In this document: in pieces, positions 29,619-38,677 of the stretch
How the letters are laid out: each line of letters starts with the position of its first letter
Position numbering within the stretch: position 1 is the stretch's first letter
IMG/VR virus record: IMGVR_UViG_3300032893_000005
Span: 32,001-96,000 of that record
Reading direction: 5' to 3' (one strand)
Length of the DNA stretch: 64,000 nucleotides
DNA from: a virus
Notes under the pieces: generated by a model
Database searches by the model: none
Told to the model about the DNA's origin: nothing
What the model saw: only the letters and a program-made list of their open reading frames with translations
Made by a program: the position numbers and the translations under genes

Positions 29619-30056
29619 ATGAAGATCATCTTCGTCGGCTGCAATCCTTCTCCGAAGAACGCGGACAGTCGGGTACCCTTCGTAGGTACCCGTTCTGGCT
29701 CCATCTTCTTTCGGTGGACGGAAGAGCTTGGTCTGAGCCGGGACCAGTACGAGATCATCAACGTGTCGAGCAAGGTGACCAAGTCGTCGGCTCAAGTCAA
29801 GAAGTCAGACATCTCTCTGGAGCAGGTCGCGAAGGCGATCTTGCTCTTGTCTGGCAAGAAGACGAAGATCATCACTCTAGGAACTATGGCCGCCTGGGCT
29901 CTCGAGCAGCTCAAGATCGACCACTTCTCGCTACCTCACCCGTCGGGGCTTAACCGCAAGCTCAACGACAAGAACTTCGCGAAGGAACAGTTACGCCTAT
30001 GCAAGAAGTACCTAAGAAGCGATTCGACTTCGGATTCGGCGAAGCCGTCTGCGTAA
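29619..30056 (+). CDS. uracil-DNA glycosylase superfamily protein
   Basis: FVGCNPS, PFVGTRSG and LPHPSGLNR. Confidence 0.85.
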   Translation: MKIIFVGCNPSPKNADSRVPFVGTRSGSIFFRWTEELGLSRDQYEIINVSSKVTKSSAQVKKSDISLEQVAKAILLLSGKKTKIITLGTMAAWALEQLKIDHFSLPHPSGLNRKLNDKNFAKEQLRLCKKYLRSDSTSDSAKPSA

Positions 30057-30985
30057 GAGAAGTCCTCGCTAACTTCTATACTCCGCACATGGGAGAGCAC
30101 AACACGATCCTCTCGGTTCGTGACATGGGTTATCCGGGCACAGGCCCCGGACTCCCAGAGCTGATCGAAGACACCCGCAGCGTCATACGTGACGAGACGG
30201 GCTACAACTACAAGCATGTCCTGATTACGGCTGGAGCTGCTCAAGCAATCATCGTTGCCGTCAAAGCACTGTCTCTGAGCGACTGCACGTTTGTCAGGTA
30301 CCACGAGCCGTACTTCTCTCACTACCCGTCATTGATAGAGATGGCCGGGGCCAACCCGGTCCCGTTCGCGGACGACGCAATCGAGTACAGGGACGAGGTC
30401 CGTCTGGTTGACTCTCCGTCAAACCCTGAGGGGAAAACACGACTCGACGACTGCGACATCTGGGATGCTACGTACGCGAACCGAATCTACAGCAAGCTCC
30501 ATGCTGCTAATCCTAAGCATAAGATCATGATCGGCAGCTTCGGGAAGCTGCTTGGACTCAACGGCGTTCGCCTTGGGTGGATCGCAACAGATGACTCGTA
30601 CTTGTTTGATAAGATGGTTGACATAAACTACCACATGACCCTAGGCGTGAGCGTTCCCTCTCAGCGGCTCGTCTCGAGCATCATAGAGAACGTAGAGATG
30701 GGTCAGTTCACTCAAGAAGCGGCCTTACAGATCGACTGTAACCGCGAGGAGATGTCAAAGCTCGAGTACTTGTCTGGAGACGATGAAGTACCATCAAGCG
30801 GCATGTTCTACTGGGCTTCCATGGACTCGAAGGCTCGCGGCCTACTGAAGATCGCGGGAGTTAAGTGGATAGAAGGGACTGACTGCGGCGGGACAGAATA
30901 TCACTTAAGGTTAAACCTTGCTCAGTCAAGAAAGCTCACTCAAGAGATGGTGAGGGCGGTCAGGAAGCTCGATGGAAAGAAGTAG
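29999..30985 (+). CDS. fold-type I PLP enzyme, alliinase/tryptophan aminotransferase (TAA1)-like
   Basis: GAAQA, SPSNPEG, WDATY, SFGKLLGLNGVRLGW (PLP Lys), LGVSVPSQ and LRLN. Confidence 0.8.
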   Translation: MQEVPKKRFDFGFGEAVCVREVLANFYTPHMGEHNTILSVRDMGYPGTGPGLPELIEDTRSVIRDETGYNYKHVLITAGAAQAIIVAVKALSLSDCTFVRYHEPYFSHYPSLIEMAGANPVPFADDAIEYRDEVRLVDSPSNPEGKTRLDDCDIWDATYANRIYSKLHAANPKHKIMIGSFGKLLGLNGVRLGWIATDDSYLFDKMVDINYHMTLGVSVPSQRLVSSIIENVEMGQFTQEAALQIDCNREEMSKLEYLSGDDEVPSSGMFYWASMDSKARGLLKIAGVKWIEGTDCGGTEYHLRLNLAQSRKLTQEMVRAVRKLDGKK

Positions 30986-31493
30986 TCACAAGTACGTACT
31001 AGCAAGCGCTATCGCCCATGCGCTGATCTTCCTGTCGATGTCTCCGATGCATGGATGTGTGACCGGCAGTAAGGGCGCTGCGATGAAGATGGCGAACGGT
31101 GCCCAGTCAGGCGTTAAGCACGTAGAACATGTAACCGTTGACCTGATCACCGAGGAGATCAAGGATAAGAAGACTGACGAGGGGAAGACTAAAGACAAGA
31201 AGCCAGGCCTTGTCACTGAGCCCGCAAAGATGGTTCACGAGAACGACGACTGCAAGCGCTGGTTTGGCGGCATAGGCATCACAGTGACCAACCTTAATGC
31301 CCTAGGCGTCGAGATCTTGAAAGTTCACCATGGGTATCCTGCCGAGAGAGCAGGTCTCATGGCCGGAGACGTGATCATCCACGTGAGTGACAGGGAGATT
31401 CGCGGAGAGGTTGGAACTGAGGTTACACTGACGGTACTCCGAAGCGGAGCGCCTATCATGTTTACGATGCTTAGGGACAAGATCTGTTATTAA
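30972..31493 (+). CDS. TonB-like TM anchor plus C-terminal PDZ domain
   Basis: LASAIAHALIF TM segment; FGGIGI...PAERAGLMAGDVI...GTEVTLTVLR PDZ. Confidence 0.75.
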   Translation: MERSSHKYVLASAIAHALIFLSMSPMHGCVTGSKGAAMKMANGAQSGVKHVEHVTVDLITEEIKDKKTDEGKTKDKKPGLVTEPAKMVHENDDCKRWFGGIGITVTNLNALGVEILKVHHGYPAERAGLMAGDVIIHVSDREIRGEVGTEVTLTVLRSGAPIMFTMLRDKICY

Positions 31494-31495
31494 AT

Positions 31496-31924
31496 ATGGC
31501 ATATAACCCTGAAAGCAGTAGAAAGTGGTATCAGAAAAATCGCGAAAAACGACTCGCAGCGATGCTGGAGAGGTATCAAGACCCTGAAGTAAAGAAACGA
31601 AAACAGGAATATGACCGTCAAAGGCGACAGCGCCTGAAGGATGCAGGAGAAAAACAGTTTTCAGAAGCTCAGAGGCAGACCCACTACCGAAAACGGTACG
31701 GTATAGATATAAATATTTACGAAAAAATGTTAGAAAGTCAAAACGGCTGTTGTGCTATATGCGGGACGGCTCAAGCAGAATTAAAGAAAACTTTAGCCGT
31801 AGACCATTGTCATGTGACAGGCAGGGTGCGCGGTCTTTTATGTGATCCATGCAATAAAGGTTTAGGTTACTTCAGAGATAGTTTAGAGATTATGAGTAGG
31901 GCCATAGATTATCTTAAGGATTAA
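31496..31924 (+). mobile_element. endonuclease VII-family homing endonuclease
   Basis: QNGCCAIC, VDHCHVTGRVRGLLCDPCNKGLG; AT-rich. Confidence 0.9.
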
Positions 31925-32369
31925 ACCATCGCGTACCGCCAGGTTTATATGATCCAAATGGTTTATTTTGGAAATGTACCCAGTTTTGATTGCCATTCTC
32001 ACAATAAAGCCCGGCGTCTTCAAGGATGGACGGATTCTCTTTAAGCCACTTAGTGATCTCAAGGCCTGGATCGGCGATGTCTACGGCAGCACAGTCGGTC
32101 ACAGTTTCTAAGTGCTTCGACTGCTTCGGAACCTTACTCTCGTCAAACACTCCGTCTAAGAACGGCTTCTGGTGGTTCGCAGCCTTTGCTCGGTAGATGT
32201 CGAGGTGGTGCTCCCACGTCCTGACTCCGCTCGTGACAGTCATAGGCTTGTTCCAGGCCGTCCGAACCTTGTTGGCTCGATCGAGCAGGTCTTGCTCTTG
32301 AGCCAGCTTGTCGGGGTCAAGCTCGCTAGCTTGTTTTTCATTTCCGATGATCTCTTGTAAACCTAGCAT
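31914..32369 (-). CDS. peptidase M15-family Zn peptidoglycan peptidase (endolysin-like)
   Basis: TSGVR, SKHL, AVDI and WVHFQ; GGAGA RBS before the ATG at 32369. Confidence 0.82.
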   Translation of the reverse strand: MLGLQEIIGNEKQASELDPDKLAQEQDLLDRANKVRTAWNKPMTVTSGVRTWEHHLDIYRAKAANHQKPFLDGVFDESKVPKQSKHLETVTDCAAVDIADPGLEITKWLKENPSILEDAGLYCENGNQNWVHFQNKPFGSYKPGGTRWFNP

Positions 32370-32436
32370 TGTAGTTCTCCTTTTCGAGCTACATCTTAGC
32401 ACACAGTCTCGGTTTGATACAAGGTTCACGAAAAAT

Positions 32437-32466
32437 TTGCACTCCTGCGATGCGTCGCAGTAAGAT
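32437..32466 (+). promoter_or_regulatory. sigma70-like promoter with a palindrome in the spacer
   Basis: TTGCAC-18 nt-TAAGAT; the spacer contains CTGCGA-tgcg-TCGCAG. Confidence 0.55.
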
Positions 32467-32484
32467 CTAAGAGTGGAGGTAATC

Positions 32485-32769
32485 ATGGATAACCAAACCG
32501 CTACTCAGATCGAATCGAAGCCGGGCATCATGTTGGCCGGTGAGTTTCCCCTTTCCCAGTCACCAACCGCCTACGTCATCAACCTTCACATGCGCAACAT
32601 CATAGAGTGCTACGAGGTCGTCGAGAAGCGCCGCATACCTAAGAGCATCTACGAGCGCCACTTCGACAACTGGGTCGGCACGTTCGGCCTCGCGACCGTG
32701 GAAGAAGCCCTTAATCTGATGGGCCGTGGCCTTGATGGTCGCAAGTTCAAGAAAGAGAAGGCTGCGTAA
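32485..32769 (+). CDS. hypothetical protein
   Basis: GGAGGT RBS before the ATG at 32485. Confidence 0.65.
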   Translation: MDNQTATQIESKPGIMLAGEFPLSQSPTAYVINLHMRNIIECYEVVEKRRIPKSIYERHFDNWVGTFGLATVEEALNLMGRGLDGRKFKKEKAA

Positions 32770-33155
32770 TGGACGCAAACGAGGTCAGCAACATCTTAGG
32801 GGTTAACGCAGGCGGTCTCAACATCAAGAAGATCCGCACGCTCGCTGGTCAGAACATCGAGTTCTTGACTGGGCGAAGGTTCTCGCTTGTCCAGTGGCTC
32901 AAGAGCGTTGGTCGGCAGTACCCGTACCACGACGAGCCTCAAGACTACTACTGGGACTTCAGCCTAAGTCTGGGATACTACGAAGTTTATACGCCACGGT
33001 TCATGGAGTACGATGACTTCTACTACATGCTCGAGCTGGCTGTCACGACTACGACTAAGTACATGATCCTGTCTCGACACAGGGACTTCAGACATCCGAG
33101 GAAGGTCAGAGTTAGATACCAACAACCCAACTTCAAGTACGTGGAGGTACCATGA
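32769..33155 (+). CDS. hypothetical protein
   Basis: Translationally coupled ORF. Confidence 0.6.
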   Translation: MDANEVSNILGVNAGGLNIKKIRTLAGQNIEFLTGRRFSLVQWLKSVGRQYPYHDEPQDYYWDFSLSLGYYEVYTPRFMEYDDFYYMLELAVTTTTKYMILSRHRDFRHPRKVRVRYQQPNFKYVEVP

Positions 33156-33373
33156 AGACTAGAACGCCCGCAAATAATCGCAAGAACTTTCGTCGCGCCC
33201 GCGCAATCAAGCGCTTAGAGGCTCGACTTAAGCTCTCTGACTCGGAGATCTTTAAGATCGCCAAGTCGCTCAAGCCCGGAACAAACGACGGCATCGTCGA
33301 CTATCGTAAGAGGATGAACGACGAGCTGGAGCGTACGAAGAAGATTCAAATTACAAAGGGAGGAAACCTATGA
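33152..33373 (+). CDS. small basic protein
   Basis: Translationally coupled ORF. Confidence 0.55.
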   Translation: MKTRTPANNRKNFRRARAIKRLEARLKLSDSEIFKIAKSLKPGTNDGIVDYRKRMNDELERTKKIQITKGGNL

Positions 33374-34077
33374 AAACAGTAACTTACCTATCACTTCTGA
33401 TCGCCATGATGATGCTGGCCGCTTGCGGTCGCATGGAGAGTACCGACTACGTGGCTGGACCACAGGGACCAACTGGTCCGCAAGGGCCTCAGGGACCTGC
33501 TGCACCCGCTCCGACGCCGAGCGCTATCCAGCAGATCGTCGACTCTGAGAACGCTTACCGCGCTACTCTGGGCGAAGCTCCGCTTACTCCGGGTCTATCG
33601 TGCCAGGTCGTTGCCGTAGCTTCCGGCACGTACCTGTCCAGCTCGAGTCCGGGATACACTGCCGCACAAGCGATCGTCACGACAGGACCGACGTACTCGT
33701 ACCTCTTGTCGACCTCGATCAACCAGGCTAACGTGGCGGGAACTGCAGGCAACAGCCTCATCGATCCTGAGATTCGTCCACTGTTCTTGAACAACAACTA
33801 CCGCATCGTGTGCACGGGCCAACTGGTAGTGGCAGAAGACGGATACTACGGGTTCTCAACGTCTTCTGACGACGGGTCGCTCCTGTACATCGACGGAACA
33901 CTGGTCGTAGACAACGACGGAGCCCACGGCATCCAGACCGTTTCAGGAACCAAGCTGCTCGAGGCTGCCGTCACGCACTCCTTCACCTTATACTACGCGG
34001 AGAGCGCTGGCGGTAACATAGCGATGGTCTTGAACATGGACGGTTCTGTCTTGACTGCAGACCACCTCTACCACTAA
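33370..34077 (+). CDS. lipoprotein with short collagen-like repeat and PA14 domain
   Basis: Lipobox LAAC; GPQGPTGPQGPQGP; SDDGSLLYIDG..VVDNDGAH. Confidence 0.85.
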   Translation: MKTVTYLSLLIAMMMLAACGRMESTDYVAGPQGPTGPQGPQGPAAPAPTPSAIQQIVDSENAYRATLGEAPLTPGLSCQVVAVASGTYLSSSSPGYTAAQAIVTTGPTYSYLLSTSINQANVAGTAGNSLIDPEIRPLFLNNNYRIVCTGQLVVAEDGYYGFSTSSDDGSLLYIDGTLVVDNDGAHGIQTVSGTKLLEAAVTHSFTLYYAESAGGNIAMVLNMDGSVLTADHLYH

Positions 34078-34088
34078 GATAAACTGTG

Positions 34089-34110
34089 GCCCCGCTTCGT
34101 CGGGGCTTTT
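34089..34110 (+). terminator. intrinsic terminator
   Basis: GCCCCG-cttcgt-CGGGGC followed by TTTT. Confidence 0.75.
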
Positions 34111-34130
34111 AATCTAGGAGGTACATTTTT

Positions 34131-34973
34131 ATGCAAGTTGATAAGTATGGACTCCCCATATCAGAGGGTGATGGCGGAGACTCCCTTCACCACTACTTCA
34201 CAGGCGAACTTCGACTTAGGCTTGCGATGAACCCTATCAAGTGGTCTCTGAAGGATCAAAGTCCTCAGTTGAAGAACGCCGTAGACGGCATCTCCAAGCT
34301 GTGCTCTACAGACGATGCCTTCAAGAACTTGGAAGTTCAGCCTGGCATATACATTCGCAATCCAGACCCAACTCAGTGGGTTTCCGATCCAAGAAACGTA
34401 TCGCGCGATCAGCTTACTGCCGTCATCGCGTTCTTATCTTACACGACCGACAAGGTTAGGCTATGGAACTTGCTCAAGGCCTGCCTGAAGCGCTACATGT
34501 TCGCGCAGAACATATACCCTAACTGGGTCGATCCGCGCACTCAAGCGGTAACGGCGAAGACTCCCGACTTCATCACGCCTGACTTATGGACTTTGTTTGC
34601 CAGAGGACTCCTCGGGGCATGGTCATGGCCGATCAACTTCTTCCTGGACCTCTTCATACTCCTGTCAGTGATCTTCAAGCTATGGGCACCTCTGTCAGTT
34701 GACGGAACCCTCACGTTTAGGTGGCCGGGGCCGGGCGATACCGATGATGACAACATGCACAACGTCTTGATGGTGTCGCAGTATCGATACCCGACCCCTC
34801 TGTCCTGGTTTGCTCGAAAACTGTTCAAGAAGTACCGTAAGCCAAACTTCGGTAACACCCAGATGGGAGAGAAGGACCCGATGATGGGCGCCCTCGTTTG
34901 GTACTACCGCGCAAGCATCGGCGAAGATCCTGAGTTCGCAGAGATTGCGCGACCGATCGTGGAGAGGTATTAG
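34131..34973 (+). CDS. hypothetical protein (DGGDS...R.P...SRDQL motifs, hydrophobic segment)
   Basis: AGGAGG RBS; 280-aa ORF. Confidence 0.7.
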   Translation: MQVDKYGLPISEGDGGDSLHHYFTGELRLRLAMNPIKWSLKDQSPQLKNAVDGISKLCSTDDAFKNLEVQPGIYIRNPDPTQWVSDPRNVSRDQLTAVIAFLSYTTDKVRLWNLLKACLKRYMFAQNIYPNWVDPRTQAVTAKTPDFITPDLWTLFARGLLGAWSWPINFFLDLFILLSVIFKLWAPLSVDGTLTFRWPGPGDTDDDNMHNVLMVSQYRYPTPLSWFARKLFKKYRKPNFGNTQMGEKDPMMGALVWYYRASIGEDPEFAEIARPIVERY

Positions 34974-35438
34974 ATGTACCTTGAGCCTGCTTACTTAGCT
35001 GGAGTCCTTGACTCTGATGGTTCCATCTCCATAGTCAGGAGGAAGAAGCAGAAGACTATCAACGGCTTTCATTACAGAGCCGTGTTCCAGCTATCATGGA
35101 TCAAGAAAGATTTGACCATGGAAGTTTTGTCCGAGCTAGTTGTAAAATACGGAGGCAATCTTAATGAGATTGAAAGCAGGTGGAAGGGCCAGTTTCAATC
35201 TCATAACAGCGTCTTGAAGTATTCTCTTGAAGGTCACGGACTAGACCGCTTCTTGAGTGATGTACTTCCCTATGTTAAGTTGAAGAGAGAACAAGTATTC
35301 CTTGCTATAATGATGCGCACCAACAGGCGTGAGTGGCAGAGGATGAGGATCAGAACTAAGCCTGACTGGGCGTGGCAGAAGGAACACGACATCTATAAAA
35401 AATTTAAGGGGTTAAATACTAAAAATGGACACAATTAG
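34974..35438 (+). mobile_element. LAGLIDADG homing endonuclease (single motif)
   Basis: YLAGVLDSDGSI and LPYVKLKREQ; AT-richer. Confidence 0.88.
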
Positions 35439-35715
35439 CATTTGTTTCGACGTGGACGGAACTTTGATTCATCAAGTAGGCGAGCGAGAAGATACGCCTA
35501 AGTACGAAAACATTGAACTCTTTCATCATTTCCAGCGTATTGGATGTGACATGTATATCTGGTCCGGAGGCGGCACAAGTTATGCTGAACGCTGGGCTGA
35601 GAAACTTGGTCTCAAAGCTAAAGTCGTTGCCAAGGGTAGCTTCAAGCCCGACATCGCTGTCGACGACATGGACGTAAACCTCGGCAAAGTAAACTTACGG
35701 GTGAGCGGTGGATAA
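35425..35715 (+). CDS. minimal HAD-family protein
   Basis: FDVDGTL, WSGGG and VDD. Confidence 0.75.
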   Translation: MDTISICFDVDGTLIHQVGEREDTPKYENIELFHHFQRIGCDMYIWSGGGTSYAERWAEKLGLKAKVVAKGSFKPDIAVDDMDVNLGKVNLRVSGG

Positions 35716-37663
35716 CTTATCAACTGAGATCATAAAAGTTCAAAACCAGACCTTCTCGTTCAACCAGAAGTATCCGTTCCAGGTCGGCGAGCGAGAGAAG
35801 TTCACTGCCTTCGGTAACAAGAAGCGCTTGGTCATCATGTTCAGGGAGCCTTGGTACGTTCTTCCTAACGGCCAGTGGTACACCAGGACTGACGCATCAG
35901 GATTCTCGATAAGCAAGTCTAGGGTCAAGTCGGACGGCGCTGCGCTCAGTCAGCGCCTGATGCGCCACTCTGCAGAAGTCACGGGCGTATGCTTCGCGGT
36001 AGGCTGTGGCGTGCTCATGCGCGTCGGGAATGCCCATCACCCAGACGGCATCACGCAGAACTGGTGGGACCAAGATCCGTTCTCCCTCAAGTTCTGGAAC
36101 GAAGCATCACGCCGGAACATGGGCGAGGCCATCGAAGTACAGTTCAACCTCGGCGAGAGGAAGATCTGGGTCAAGAACCCGCTAGAGATCGAGCACTTCA
36201 TCTCCCGCAAGGAGAAGGGCGACAGCGACATCCAGCAACTCCTGGTTGAGTGGGGTATGTGGGCCGGGATGTGTGATTCGCAGCCCCAGTACGGCTCGTA
36301 CCGTAGAGAAGATGCCATATCTTACTCTGGCCTGTCTCGTCAGTTAGCTGGAGAAGCTCCAGCCGAGGACTCTGTTGTCAAGAACGACATGCGAATCTTG
36401 CACGTCATAAAGAAGGTCTTCTACCCCGGCGTCTCGCAGGTTCAGGGTAAGGCCGAGCACGGCGAGTGGGGAGCACAGGCTCTTCGCTACGTGGCTGACG
36501 TCTCAGACCTAAGGAAGCGGACCCTCTACAAGATCGCCAGCATTGGTTCCCTAGTCGAGAAGATAACTGGACGTCGTCCTAAGACGCTCGTAAATGCCTT
36601 CGGCGAGAATCTTCACACTGTCCTTGGTGACCCAGCCAGCAGTTACTCCTACGGGAGCCATAAGTCGGGCGTAATCGTCTACATCGATCAGTGGATCAAG
36701 CTCGCCAAAGATCTCATGGACGCCGAAGTACCAATGGAGTACATAGTCCAGATGATCCCATATTTCAAGACTTCGGTCAGCCGCGACGACATAGACTTCC
36801 GTGCGTTCTTCGTGGACATCGTCAAGGAGTTCGGACACGTCAAGGTTCTGGGATGGCTCGAGAGAGATCCCAGCTTGGAAGCTAATACTGTGCCTGCAGA
36901 CGGCGCTGCTGCCCTGGCGCAGGCCCTCGAAGCTGGCGTCTACGGAGGAAGATCCTCTACGCCGCTAGATCACTTAGTCGAAGCCTGTCGCATCTTAAGG
37001 GAGTCTCGCGACAAGCTGACCAAGGCTACTCCGCGACAGCTCAAGGTGTTTCCGAACGGCGTTCAGGCTAGGAGGTACTACAAGACGGCCAAGGAGTTCC
37101 ACGACGACGTGTCCAAGCAGGCTGGTCGGTTCGACGAGCTTGGTCAGTCCATCGTCATCAAGTGGGACGACCGCTGGAAGCACTTGCATGGTATCAGGGC
37201 GGGCGAACTGAGGCTCCTCCTCCCGCGCAGCACTGGAACGGTCACTCGCTGGGGTAAGATGCAGGGGCACTGCATCTCGTCTTACTCTCGAGGGATGCTG
37301 CCTAAGCGCGGCGCTGGAACTAGCATGCCCGCTGGGTACGGAGACTCAAGCCCCGACAAGGAGCGCACCATCCTCGGCGGTGTGTTCAAGGGAACTGAGC
37401 TTCTGTACTGCCTTCGCATAGAGCCTGGACAGCATCCACCCATCAAGCTATCGCGATCGCACGAAGCCCTAGGTGCGGACCCTGACGTAACCGCAAGGGA
37501 AGTTCTCGAAACGAGGCAGGACTTAGACTGGAGTCTCGAAGAGTTACGAGGGAAGCAGAACTGTAACCCGGAAAAGTTGCACGCCCAGCTCATATGTAGT
37601 ATGCTTGAGAAAGCTGGAGTTTACGCCGAGAAGTGGCGTGGATATAACAAACTGGAGGAGTAG
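35708..37663 (+). CDS. PcfJ-like domain protein
   Basis: C-terminal FHDDVS...LLPRS...WGKMQGHCISSY pattern. Confidence 0.6.
   Translation: MDNLSTEIIKVQNQTFSFNQKYPFQVGEREKFTAFGNKKRLVIMFREPWYVLPNGQWYTRTDASGFSISKSRVKSDGAALSQRLMRHSAEVTGVCFAVGCGVLMRVGNAHHPDGITQNWWDQDPFSLKFWNEASRRNMGEAIEVQFNLGERKIWVKNPLEIEHFISRKEKGDSDIQQLLVEWGMWAGMCDSQPQYGSYRREDAISYSGLSRQLAGEAPAEDSVVKNDMRILHVIKKVFYPGVSQVQGKAEHGEWGAQALRYVADVSDLRKRTLYKIASIGSLVEKITGRRPKTLVNAFGENLHTVLGDPASSYSYGSHKSGVIVYIDQWIKLAKDLMDAEVPMEYIVQMIPYFKTSVSRDDIDFRAFFVDIVKEFGHVKVLGWLERDPSLEANTVPADGAAALAQALEAGVYGGRSSTPLDHLVEACRILRESRDKLTKATPRQLKVFPNGVQARRYYKTAKEFHDDVSKQAGRFDELGQSIVIKWDDRWKHLHGIRAGELRLLLPRSTGTVTRWGKMQGHCISSYSRGMLPKRGAGTSMPAGYGDSSPDKERTILGGVFKGTELLYCLRIEPGQHPPIKLSRSHEALGADPDVTAREVLETRQDLDWSLEELRGKQNCNPEKLHAQLICSMLEKAGVYAEKWRGYNKLEE
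37577..37605 (+). promoter_or_regulatory. sigma70-like promoter
   Basis: TTGCAC-17 nt-TATGCT, preceded by AAAAG. Confidence 0.55.
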
Positions 37664-37664
37664 C

Positions 37665-38183
37665 TTGGAAAAGATCGTTTTAACATCGCATATGTTGCTC
37701 TCAGGAGATGGCGGAGACGATGGCAGACGCCGTCGTCGTTCCCGCCCGAATCCGTACGACATCCACTACAATCAGGACCTTTACCCGAACCATGCTCGAC
37801 TTCTCCAGAACCGCTACAAGCACGTAAGAGAGCGCCTGTTCAAACGCGTAGGCGTGCAGGCTGGCATCGGCACCTACCTCAAGCTCACTGAGATGTGTGG
37901 CCGGTCGTTCGCCGAGCTTATCCGCCGAGACGAGAACTTCCGGTGGGCTCCGAACCGCGATTACCACCTTGGCTACAAGCGCAATCCGAAGTACCTCATG
38001 CGTGCCAAGGTTTGGGGAGAAGAAATCTTCTTGATCTACGACGCCTACGACATGATGGTCCTGACGGTGTTCGCCGACAGCGACGAGAACTTCCAAGACA
38101 GCTTCAACATCCACCCGGACACAGTTGAGACCCAGATCATCATCGACATGGACAAGCTCTACCCAAGGACAGGCAATGGCTAA
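37665..38183 (+). CDS. hypothetical protein, possible RelE/BECR-like RNase fold
   Basis: HVRERLFKR...LIYD...VLTVF pattern; start uncertain. Confidence 0.45.
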   Translation: MEKIVLTSHMLLSGDGGDDGRRRRRSRPNPYDIHYNQDLYPNHARLLQNRYKHVRERLFKRVGVQAGIGTYLKLTEMCGRSFAELIRRDENFRWAPNRDYHLGYKRNPKYLMRAKVWGEEIFLIYDAYDMMVLTVFADSDENFQDSFNIHPDTVETQIIIDMDKLYPRTGNG

Positions 38184-38406
38184 GGGTATACTTTCCTTCA
38201 ACCTTCCAGAAGAAGAGAGTGAGTTCAAGACTGCCCAACAAGGCGGCGACTGCAAGTGTGCCCTGGAGTCGATCGCGAACGACATCTTCCGTAAGCGTCT
38301 GAAGTACGGAGAGTTCCCGGAAGACCAGCGTAAGCTGATACAGGAGATGAGCGATGAGTTCTGGGAGACTTTGAGACAGTATGGAATAGACCCGTATGAA
38401 CCTTAA
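38176..38406 (+). CDS. hypothetical phage protein
   Basis: Begins MAKGILSFNLPEE. Confidence 0.6.
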   Translation: MAKGILSFNLPEEESEFKTAQQGGDCKCALESIANDIFRKRLKYGEFPEDQRKLIQEMSDEFWETLRQYGIDPYEP

Positions 38407-38677
38407 GTTCGAGACAGACGACTACGAGACCGCCCATGCCCTGTGGAACACGATGTACCATAACTTTGGTCGCATCGGTCCGTTCAAGTGCGATGGTATG
38501 GCAGTCAGTCAGCAGCATAAGAAGATAGACATCTTCGCGCTCGAGCCTTCTGAGATCGTACCTCGGAAGTACCAGGTAGAGATCCACAACTTTCGATACA
38601 GTCCGATTACGTGGACTGAGCGTAAAAATAGGTTTAAGAAAAGGATGAAGAGATGGATGTCGAAATTGCTTCGCTGA
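38396..38677 (+). CDS. hypothetical protein
   Basis: Collinear ORF. Confidence 0.55.
   Translation: MNLKFETDDYETAHALWNTMYHNFGRIGPFKCDGMAVSQQHKKIDIFALEPSEIVPRKYQVEIHNFRYSPITWTERKNRFKKRMKRWMSKLLR

Noticed and set aside
33457-33500. Collagen tail-fibre gene
   Set aside because: Only about five Gly-X-Y triplets, within a lipoprotein with a PA14 domain; not a fibre.
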